32,498 nucleotides of DNA from a virus (taxonomy: Duplodnaviria > Caudoviricetes), in IMG/VR virus record IMGVR_UViG_3300043173_000082, positions 1 through 32,498 of that record; one strand, given 5' to 3'. Shown here one piece after another: positions 8,462 to 16,445 of the stretch (within the stretch, counting starts at the first letter, position 1; every line of letters starts with the position of its first letter). The translations under genes and the position numbers were made by a program. The notes under the pieces are model-generated. The model was given only the letters and a program-made list of their open reading frames with translations, had not been told where the DNA came from and did no database searches.

Positions 8462-10281
8462 TGCTTATATCACTAGACAGTTTCGGTGGGCAGATACCAC
8501 GTATAGGTAGGGAACAGCTACCTAAGAACGCAGCACAAACTGCGAAGAACTGCTTACTATTGTCTGGTGAATTACGTGGACTACACCGTCATAGGGAAGT
8601 AAAAGACCTTACTGCTGTAGGCGGTGATATAGGTATGGCGTTTCGTGTCCACCAGCCCCCACTGCCAGATTACTGGAAAACATTTGTAGATAGGAATTCC
8701 TTTTTCATTAAAGGTCTGATAGTAAACGATGCTTGGGATAGGTATTACTGGACGAGCGAGGATGAATCGTTCCCTATGTACAATACCCTGGCGCGTCTGA
8801 ATAGCAGTGACCCCGCATATAAATTAGGTGTACCACGTCCCGACAATACCCCTACTCTAGTGGCAGATGATACTGGAGTTGGTGATATATATAGCAGGGC
8901 GTATGGCTTCACCTTCGTAACAGAATATGGTGAAGAAGGCCCGCTATCAGAATTAATAGTAGCCAGTGGTAGGCCAGACGATGGCTGGACAATAGGCAAT
9001 ATGGATGTAGTAATGCCTGATGCCGGCCCCTACGCCACTATTACAAAGAATATATACCGTAGTGTTAGCGGTACTCTTGGGACAGCGTTGTTTCTTGTAG
9101 TTGAAGATATACCACTAGCACAAGCCACATACGTAGATTCAGAATCTGATGAAGTAATCGCACTTAACCGCCAGAGCGAGAGTGTGAACTGGTATCCACC
9201 ACCTGTTGATTTAGAAGGTATCCTTACCCACCCAAATGGATTTGTTGTGGGGTTCTCAGGGCGTGATCTTTATTTCAGTGAGCCATATAGACCACATGCA
9301 TACCCACCTGAGTATGTAGTTTCTACTGAACACAAAATTATAGGGCTAGGTATTTACGGCACATCTATTGCTGTAATGACAGAAGGCTTTCCAGCCGTTG
9401 CTAATGGTACCCACCCAGCAACTATGTCGCTCTCTAATAGCCAGTTCTCTGAACCATGCCTATCCAAGTTTAGTATTGTTAGTATGCCTTTTGGTGTGTA
9501 CTACGCAGGGGCTAATGGGCTAATGCTTGTTAACCAGGCTGGTATAAACAACGCTACTGAGAGAATACTTACCAAGGACGAGTGGGAGCTTCAGTATTCC
9601 CCATCTACAATAGAGGCGGCTAGGTGGCAGGATTACTATATCGGTTTTTATTCAGCTGATGATGGCTTTATGTTTATGCCAACTGAACAGCAGGCATCAT
9701 TTACAGAGATGGATAGATACTGGAGACAGGATGCTATCTTTACTGATGCTGAAACTAGCGAAGTATTATCTTTATTTGAAAAACGTGTATTTGAATGGAA
9801 TCCACCAGATGGTATTCCACTAACCTATATATGGAAGTCAAAAGAATTTCGTACTCCTAGGCCAGTAAACTTTGGTGCCTATCGTATTTATTGGGATAAG
9901 AATATATTAACTCCAGCGGCAACTGGGGACATAATTACATATAATACTAATAGGATTAATGCTGGTGCATTGAACGTGTTCAATATGCATTCATTTAATA
10001 GTGGGGATATATATGATATAGACCCTACCTATATTGAAAACAGAATGCCGTTTGGTGGATCACCATTAATTGACACTACAGCAGGTACCCTGACTAATAA
10101 TCTATTGTTACGAGTATTTGCAGATGGAGTATTAAAGTATACGAACTCAGTACTGAATGAGAAAATGATGCGGTTACCTTCAGGTTATAAGGCTGATCGC
10201 TGGGCATTTGAACTTGAGGGTAGTGTGGATGTACGCAACGTAGTTATAGCAGAGACATCCAAGGAGCTGGCCAATGCCTAG
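8461..10281 (+). CDS. Tail nozzle / tail tubular B-like (P22 gp10-like) protein
   Basis: 606 aa. N-terminal FGGQIPR...LP.NAAQ.A.NC, LYFSEPYRPHAYP and YIWKSKEF motifs; beta-propeller-like composition. Confidence 0.8.
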   Translation: MLISLDSFGGQIPRIGREQLPKNAAQTAKNCLLLSGELRGLHRHREVKDLTAVGGDIGMAFRVHQPPLPDYWKTFVDRNSFFIKGLIVNDAWDRYYWTSEDESFPMYNTLARLNSSDPAYKLGVPRPDNTPTLVADDTGVGDIYSRAYGFTFVTEYGEEGPLSELIVASGRPDDGWTIGNMDVVMPDAGPYATITKNIYRSVSGTLGTALFLVVEDIPLAQATYVDSESDEVIALNRQSESVNWYPPPVDLEGILTHPNGFVVGFSGRDLYFSEPYRPHAYPPEYVVSTEHKIIGLGIYGTSIAVMTEGFPAVANGTHPATMSLSNSQFSEPCLSKFSIVSMPFGVYYAGANGLMLVNQAGINNATERILTKDEWELQYSPSTIEAARWQDYYIGFYSADDGFMFMPTEQQASFTEMDRYWRQDAIFTDAETSEVLSLFEKRVFEWNPPDGIPLTYIWKSKEFRTPRPVNFGAYRIYWDKNILTPAATGDIITYNTNRINAGALNVFNMHSFNSGDIYDIDPTYIENRMPFGGSPLIDTTAGTLTNNLLLRVFADGVLKYTNSVLNEKMMRLPSGYKADRWAFELEGSVDVRNVVIAETSKELANA

Positions 10282-10945
10282 CTTAATCACACAAAAAGAC
10301 CTTACTAAAAAAGTACCATATGCAGGTATACCGACTCCTGTTAAGGACTTGGATGCGCTATTCAACACTACCTTAGCCATGCAGGAAGTTCTTGAGACCC
10401 TTATACGCCAGCGCGGTAAGCTAGAGAATTCAGTACTTACTTATGGTGAGACTGAACGCATAATTGAAGGGGTGCGGTTTGATATTGCTAGAATTGAAAA
10501 CATACTCAATATTGTTTATAAGGTAAGTATTGAGGAAGCTATAATGACTTTATCGACCACCACCGCGTTTGCAAATGGGGCAACAATCGCGCCTTACCAA
10601 ACCAGTAAACCTATAGATTCCGAAGCAAGTGTTACGGAAGATTTAGTCGCGGGTACACTTACTATTGGTAAAGATGGATGGTATACAGTAAGTGGATATA
10701 TACAAGCGACTGGCGCTTCATTCAATAATTATTATGGCGCTATTTTAGATATTAATGCAGGAGCAGACCCACATACTTTAGGGGTAAGTGAGTGGATAAA
10801 TGGAACGCCTCAGATGGCTTTTTTTAGTGCGGTTGAAGCCGAATTTAGTGCTGGCGATGTAGTTAAGATTATAGCGTATAGCCAAAGCGGAAATTTAACT
10901 GTAACTGATGCTCACTTATCTATAGAGATGGAATCACTACCATAA
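10274..10945 (+). CDS. Short fibre with coiled-coil stalk and C1q/TNF/BclA-like C-terminal domain
   Basis: N-terminal IPTP...AMQEVLETLIRQRG. C-terminal GTLTIGKDGWYTVSGYI...FSAGDVVKIIAY jelly-roll pattern. Confidence 0.62.
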   Translation: MPSLITQKDLTKKVPYAGIPTPVKDLDALFNTTLAMQEVLETLIRQRGKLENSVLTYGETERIIEGVRFDIARIENILNIVYKVSIEEAIMTLSTTTAFANGATIAPYQTSKPIDSEASVTEDLVAGTLTIGKDGWYTVSGYIQATGASFNNYYGAILDINAGADPHTLGVSEWINGTPQMAFFSAVEAEFSAGDVVKIIAYSQSGNLTVTDAHLSIEMESLP

Positions 10946-10966
10946 TTTTTAACAGGAGAGATAGAC

Positions 10967-11314
10967 ATGCCAAACCGTTCACAACGACACTTACGCGAAG
11001 TCCAGGGCTACGACAGTAATGACCGGCCTTACTATATTCCCGGCCCTGTATGGGATGGTACTGATGTTACAGATCAGGCTGATACTACAGCCGGGCCTAT
11101 CACCCCTCTGGATATTAGTGGGGAATTCTCTACTACATCTGGCCAGGCCATGGAGTTTGATGCTGGAGCATTACCAACTGGGCTGGTGATAGACAGTGCT
11201 ACAGGTATCATCTCTGGTACTCCAACAGCTACCGGTACTTTTGTTGTACGTGCATCAGCAAAAGACGGCTTCGGTGTAGCATACTCAAACCGGTTTGACT
11301 GGGTAATTACGTAA
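10967..11314 (+). CDS. Ig-like (He_PIG-type) domain virion/decoration protein
   Basis: GALPTGLVIDSATGIISGTPTATGTFVVRASAKDG matches the putative Ig signature. Has its own AGGAG RBS. Confidence 0.8.
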   Translation: MPNRSQRHLREVQGYDSNDRPYYIPGPVWDGTDVTDQADTTAGPITPLDISGEFSTTSGQAMEFDAGALPTGLVIDSATGIISGTPTATGTFVVRASAKDGFGVAYSNRFDWVIT

Positions 11315-11436
11315 TGCCTTATACCCCCGCACAATGTCGCAAGTTTGCTGTCATGGCATCGCGGGGGCAAAAGGTACCTGCTGACTGGAAGAAACACTGT
11401 AAGAAACGCAAGCCGAAGGTTAAGAGGAAACGGTAA
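11314..11436 (+). CDS. 40-aa highly basic small protein (not in ORF track)
   Basis: Hand translation gives MPYTPAQCRKFAVMASRGQKVPADWKKHCKKRKPKVKRKR*. TAATG overlaps at both ends. Confidence 0.78.
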   Translation: MPYTPAQCRKFAVMASRGQKVPADWKKHCKKRKPKVKRKR

Positions 11437-13112
11437 TGACACAGCTATACACTAACAATGCCAGTACATTACTGGCCGGTGATATAACCGATTTAGATAC
11501 TATATTTAATGTAGATGCTGGTACGGGTGCGCGGTTTCCTAACCCAGGTGGGGGTGAGTTCTTCATGGTGTCTCTGGAGAATACTGCTGGGGAGCAAGAA
11601 ATCTGTACTTGCACCGACAGAGCTGCTGACCAGTTCACTGTAGTTCGTGGGGCTGAAGGGACTACGCCAGTTGCATTCCTTACTGGGTCTCGTGTTGAGT
11701 GCCGTTTAACTGCCGGCTCAATGGGGCAATTTGCCCAGAAAGACGGCTATACCATGACAGGGGATATTGACCTTGGTGGTAACGCTGTAAAGAACGGCGA
11801 GAGCATCAACGTCCCAATGCGTGGGGATACCGGTGATACTAGCCAGGAAATAGATGTGCCATCAGGCGGTGGGCCTCCTACAATCGGTGGGGATGAGATA
11901 TGGAATGCTGGCAATGATGGTACTGGTAGTGGGTTAGACGCAGACACTCTTGATGATGCTGAGCGTGTTGAGTTTGGTGAATTAGCCAATGCTAATACAT
12001 GGGATGGTAATCAGACTGTTGCTAATGCTACACCGGAGACACCCCTTAAGAATACAGCGGGCACTGGCAAGAGCCGCATTCCTTTCCTTGATAATGCTGA
12101 TGTACTTAAAGGCTACGTCGAGCACGATGCTGATGCAAATACTGTAACTGTAGCCGTACGTGATGCCGGCGATACCGCAGATGCTGCGAAGGTTGTATTA
12201 AACCAAGACGGGTCTATAGAGCTAACAGGTAGTTCGCTTACTAATAATGGTGTTGATGTAATAGACCAGGATGAATTAGATACTGCTACCTCTCCAGTTT
12301 ATGCAGTGAATCCATTTTATAATTATGGCACAGGGGTAGATGGAACTGTTGTAGAAACAATTAATCAGAGCATTCTACCTAGCATATTAAATTATGTGGA
12401 TTACACTATTAATAGTGGTGTAGTAGTTGACCTGTCTTCCATTTCTGGGTTCATAATTATCCGTGCAACAAGTTCTATAACTATTACCGGAACTCTTACC
12501 GTTGAGGGAAAGGGGGCACAAGGAGCGCAAAGTGCTACACCTGGTGTAAGGCAAAATGGTGGTGATGGAATTTACGGAGGGACAGGCGGTGGCGGATTCT
12601 CGATGCTGGATAAATCTGGCTCTGTATTCATGAAAGAAGGAACAGGTGTAAGCCAAGGCCAAGGTGCCACACAGCCGGATGAAGCAATAAATATACTACT
12701 GGAGTATCCCCAGTTACTAGGGGGTGGCGGTGTATTATATAATAGGGGCAACGAGCCAGAAACAGTAGATGCCGGGCCAAGTATAAATAATCCACAGGAT
12801 ACAGTTATATATCCTGTCATTGGCGGCGGCGGGGGCGGACAGGCAAGTAATACATCTCCTGGCGGCCCTGGAGGTGGTGTAATTATGCTAATAGCCCCAA
12901 GCATTACGATTACTCCTACTGGCGTAGTTAATGCTGATGGCGCTGCTGGCGGCGGTACCGCAGGCCGCGGTGGTGGCGGTGCAATTATTGTTGCTACACC
13001 CGCAGGTGGTTACGATGACCAGACAGTAAGTGGGGTACATGCATTAGGTGGAGCTAGTGGTGGTACTTACGGCGGTGGTGATGGTTGGGTCAGGGAACTA
13101 ATTTTACCATGA
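11436..13112 (+). CDS. Tail fibre / receptor-binding protein 2 with glycine-rich C-terminus
   Basis: Same anchor type as fibre 1 (TVVRGAEGT). Fibre motif IWNAGNDGTGSGLDADTLD. Poly-Gly-rich tip. Confidence 0.8.
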   Translation: MTQLYTNNASTLLAGDITDLDTIFNVDAGTGARFPNPGGGEFFMVSLENTAGEQEICTCTDRAADQFTVVRGAEGTTPVAFLTGSRVECRLTAGSMGQFAQKDGYTMTGDIDLGGNAVKNGESINVPMRGDTGDTSQEIDVPSGGGPPTIGGDEIWNAGNDGTGSGLDADTLDDAERVEFGELANANTWDGNQTVANATPETPLKNTAGTGKSRIPFLDNADVLKGYVEHDADANTVTVAVRDAGDTADAAKVVLNQDGSIELTGSSLTNNGVDVIDQDELDTATSPVYAVNPFYNYGTGVDGTVVETINQSILPSILNYVDYTINSGVVVDLSSISGFIIIRATSSITITGTLTVEGKGAQGAQSATPGVRQNGGDGIYGGTGGGGFSMLDKSGSVFMKEGTGVSQGQGATQPDEAINILLEYPQLLGGGGVLYNRGNEPETVDAGPSINNPQDTVIYPVIGGGGGGQASNTSPGGPGGGVIMLIAPSITITPTGVVNADGAAGGGTAGRGGGGAIIVATPAGGYDDQTVSGVHALGGASGGTYGGGDGWVRELILP

Positions 13113-13651
13113 GTGCATCAGGCCAAAAGCATCCTCATTATTATGGTGCAAATCCACCTGCATACTATGGTGACTATACTATTGGCCTGGAGAAAATGAC
13201 TGATGTATTGCTGGAGTTCTCACGTGTTCATTGTGAAGAACTGGAGGAGACGGAACCACGCTGGCTAACCTTTCCTATACGGGCTAACTACCGCATGTAT
13301 ATGCAGGCTGAGCTTGCGAGTAAGATGGTTATGTTTACCCTTCGCCATAAGGATGTACCAGTAGGTAGTCTGCTGTACTTCCTAAAGCAAAGCCCTAATG
13401 TAGCAGGGGCTATGATGGCATCAGACGCTGGGCTGTATATAACCCCAGAGCACCGTAAAGGTAGGCTGGGTATCAGGCTAATGGACTATGCCGAGGATAC
13501 TTTGAAAGCATTAGGGATTCATTATATAGTCCATAGTGACAAAAGCCCCGCCGGGGGTATGAACCTGGGTAAATTATTTAATCGGCAGGGGTACAAACCC
13601 TTTGCTGTTAGCTACGTCAAAGAGATTAATGAGCTGGAGTCTAAGTCATGA
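13109..13651 (+). CDS. GNAT-family acetyltransferase
   Basis: Likely start ATG 13109 (ATGA overlap). Motif A LYITPEHRKGRLGIRLMDYAE and motif B KLFNRQGY. Confidence 0.85.
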   Translation: MSASGQKHPHYYGANPPAYYGDYTIGLEKMTDVLLEFSRVHCEELEETEPRWLTFPIRANYRMYMQAELASKMVMFTLRHKDVPVGSLLYFLKQSPNVAGAMMASDAGLYITPEHRKGRLGIRLMDYAEDTLKALGIHYIVHSDKSPAGGMNLGKLFNRQGYKPFAVSYVKEINELESKS

Positions 13652-15096
13652 AGATTATTAAACGCGCTGTATTTCAGATGACGGACACCATAGGGGAGTA
13701 CATCCACTTAGAAGAAAGCTCCTATGAATATGATGGGCCGATAGCCCATGCAGGCGGCGAAGAAGGCGAAGACCCAATACCGTCACAACTTCCAGCCTGG
13801 GCTAGTAATATCATAAAAGAAAATGCTGAGCTTGCATCAAACTATGGCCTGGCTGAATTTGACTGGGCCAAGGCACAGCAAGGTACACAGCAAGAATTGA
13901 TGGAGGGTATCCTTGAGACACAACAGGGTGCTGCTACCCAGATGTTTGCTAACGCTGATGAATGGCGCGAGCGTTATGCTACAACTTTCCAACCACTGGA
14001 AGACCAGCTTGTAGCCGATGCTGAAGACTATGCGTCTGACTGGCGGCGTGAGCAGGAAGCAGGCCGGGCCGCTGCTGATGTATCTCAGGCATTTGATGCA
14101 GAACGAGAGAGTACCCGCCAACGCCTTGAGGGATACGGCATAGACCCATCCCAAACCAGAGCTGCGGCTATTGACGCTAATGTATCCATGAACGAAGCCT
14201 TAGCGAAGGCCGGGGCACAGAACCAGGCCCGCCGGGATGTTGATGATAAAGCCAGAAATTTACGTGCACAGGCCATACAGCTGGGTATCCCCCTACAGGA
14301 CATGGCGACACAGGCCGAAGCCCAAGGGTTTAATATGGCCGGTGCAGCAGGCCAAACATATAGCCAGAACCTGGCGGCTAGTCAGGGGCTACGCCAGCAA
14401 GCTGTACTGCCATATATGCAGTCAGCAAACCAAGCGCTAGGCCAAACAAGGATAGGTGCTACTCCCGGTACGGCAGATAAACCTGGGTGGGGCGGCGCTG
14501 CTGGTAAAATATTAGGAAGTGCCGCTGGTGCTTACGCTGGTTCAACCGCTGGTTCAGCAGCTATTACAGCAGGGCTTGCCATGATAAAGGACGGCGGCGC
14601 TATTGAGTCAGCTCAAAATAGTCCGTATGCAGCGCCCCCGGCTATTAACGATCCACGCTATCCAATGATGGGGCGCTATGCAGAAGGTGGCCCGGTCATG
14701 CCTATTGAAGGTGGCGGTGAACTCATGCCACGGGAAGCTATGTATGATATGTCCAGAGGCTACAGTAATGTAGGAATGCAAGATGGACAGATTGATGGCC
14801 CTGGCGGCCCGAAGGATGACCTTATTGATGCCAAGCTCAGTGATGGTGAGTACGTAATACCTGCTGAGACTGTTAAATATAAGGGTACAGAGTTTTTTGA
14901 TAAGCTCGTAACCAAGACCAAGGAAGCCATACCGCCACCTCAACAGATGGGCCAGGCCATGGTTACTCCACCACCCAACGTACCAACTGATGTACAACCA
15001 GAAGCGCCGACAGTATTGCCGATGGCATATGGTGGATATGCAGCTATACCTAGTGTGCCCATGGCGTGCGGTGGTTATGTTACGAGGAGAAAGTAA
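13648..15096 (+). CDS. Internal virion / DNA pilot (ejection) protein 1
   Basis: Ala/Gln-rich helical core, Gly/Ala hydrophobic stretch, GPGGPKDDLIDAKLSDGEYVIPA motif. Follows the GNAT, as P22 gp7 follows gp14. Confidence 0.72.
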   Translation: MKIIKRAVFQMTDTIGEYIHLEESSYEYDGPIAHAGGEEGEDPIPSQLPAWASNIIKENAELASNYGLAEFDWAKAQQGTQQELMEGILETQQGAATQMFANADEWRERYATTFQPLEDQLVADAEDYASDWRREQEAGRAAADVSQAFDAERESTRQRLEGYGIDPSQTRAAAIDANVSMNEALAKAGAQNQARRDVDDKARNLRAQAIQLGIPLQDMATQAEAQGFNMAGAAGQTYSQNLAASQGLRQQAVLPYMQSANQALGQTRIGATPGTADKPGWGGAAGKILGSAAGAYAGSTAGSAAITAGLAMIKDGGAIESAQNSPYAAPPAINDPRYPMMGRYAEGGPVMPIEGGGELMPREAMYDMSRGYSNVGMQDGQIDGPGGPKDDLIDAKLSDGEYVIPAETVKYKGTEFFDKLVTKTKEAIPPPQQMGQAMVTPPPNVPTDVQPEAPTVLPMAYGGYAAIPSVPMACGGYVTRRK

Positions 15097-16445
15097 TGGG
15101 TATTAGCGCAGCAGATATTAACGAATTCGTCACCGGCGCTTTCGCTGGGTATAGTTTTTCAAAAGACCAGCAGTTTAGGACACAGCAATTAAAAAAGCTG
15201 GAGCGAGAAGACGAGATATTCAGGGCAAAGCAGAGTGCTGCGACATATGCAGCCGCCGGGCCACAAGATGTTGCAGTACCCCTGCCCAGTGCTGCTGGGC
15301 CAACAGGTGGTGGAGCAGGTGTACCTTTACGGCCACCACCCCCAGGGCCATACAGGAGCCAAACTGCTCCAACAGGTGCTCCTGCTATCCCCACACCAGG
15401 GGGCCAGCCAGGCCAGCCAGGCCAGCCAGGCCAGCCAGGCCAGCCAGGCCAGCCAGGCCAGCCACAAGGTGACCCGGAAGTAGATCAACTGGAAGCGATG
15501 GCTACAAAGTCAAGCGGCCACCCAATCATGATGAAAAAGGACTGGGATACATTCAGGTCTGAGGGAGCCAAGCGGCTCGGTGCTACTGGTGATGTTGGTG
15601 CTGTCACCAAGTGGAATGATTACGTTGATGGCCTTCAGCTTAAGGGATTCAAGCAGAACTCTGGCAATGCTGCCGCGGCTGCAATGATGGGTGATACCAA
15701 AGGTACTGTACAAGCACTTACCAAAGCCTGGGGATATATTGAGTCCGGCTCTACACCACAGATTATGCCAACTGATGACGGTAACTATATGGTTACGTTT
15801 GTCAGTGAGACTGAGATGGATAAGCAGGGTAACCCCAAGCCATCAAAGCGGAAGCCTATTATATTATCACCACAGAGTATTGGTGAGTTGTCCATGGCAG
15901 CGGAAGACCCAGCTGAGTTTGCCAAGTGGAAGGCTACGAATACACGTGCAGAGAAAGCTGAGGGTAGAGCTATTGCAGCAGAAGGTAGAGCAGTTGCAGG
16001 TGAGAAACGGACAGCAGCGAAACATCCAGCAGCACTGCGTAAGACTGAAGCAGAAGCAACAACTGCTGAGGCTAAAGCTGAATTGTCTTCTGAACAGGCA
16101 CTGGCTACCCTACGTGCTACCCAGAGGTCTAAAGCTGGTGATAGCCCTACTGCATGGAAAGGGGTTGATAGACGTTCCCTAAGTAGTTCTGTTACTCGTC
16201 ATATCAAGAACCGTGTAGACACGGGTACCAAAGAGGTATACCAGCTATATGAGGAGAGTGGTAACAGAATAGGGTCTTATATGAATGACCTGGGTAATGC
16301 CATGAAGACCTCAAATACTGAAGCCTTGGCTATTATTGCTGAGAAGCTGGTACAGTATCCGGGGGCACAGATTGCCCAAGACCCCAAGAGTGGCAGAGTG
16401 TTTGCTGTAATTGATGGAAGGCAGATTTCACTAGATAAAATTTAA
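15096..16445 (+). CDS. Internal virion / ejection protein 2
   Basis: TAATG-coupled start at 15096 (MGISAADINEFVTGAFAGY). Pro/Gly-rich linker, then helical regions. Position between pilot and giant protein. Confidence 0.65.
   Translation: MGISAADINEFVTGAFAGYSFSKDQQFRTQQLKKLEREDEIFRAKQSAATYAAAGPQDVAVPLPSAAGPTGGGAGVPLRPPPPGPYRSQTAPTGAPAIPTPGGQPGQPGQPGQPGQPGQPGQPQGDPEVDQLEAMATKSSGHPIMMKKDWDTFRSEGAKRLGATGDVGAVTKWNDYVDGLQLKGFKQNSGNAAAAAMMGDTKGTVQALTKAWGYIESGSTPQIMPTDDGNYMVTFVSETEMDKQGNPKPSKRKPIILSPQSIGELSMAAEDPAEFAKWKATNTRAEKAEGRAIAAEGRAVAGEKRTAAKHPAALRKTEAEATTAEAKAELSSEQALATLRATQRSKAGDSPTAWKGVDRRSLSSSVTRHIKNRVDTGTKEVYQLYEESGNRIGSYMNDLGNAMKTSNTEALAIIAEKLVQYPGAQIAQDPKSGRVFAVIDGRQISLDKI
15402..15464 (+). 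repeat. Perfect 9-bp tandem repeat (GGCCAGCCA)x7 encoding (GQP)7
   Basis: Counted directly. Confidence 0.97.

Noticed and set aside
12820-13090. GGC/GGT-rich runs as G-quadruplex or regulatory repeats
   Set aside because: Explained by poly-Gly codons of the fibre tip.
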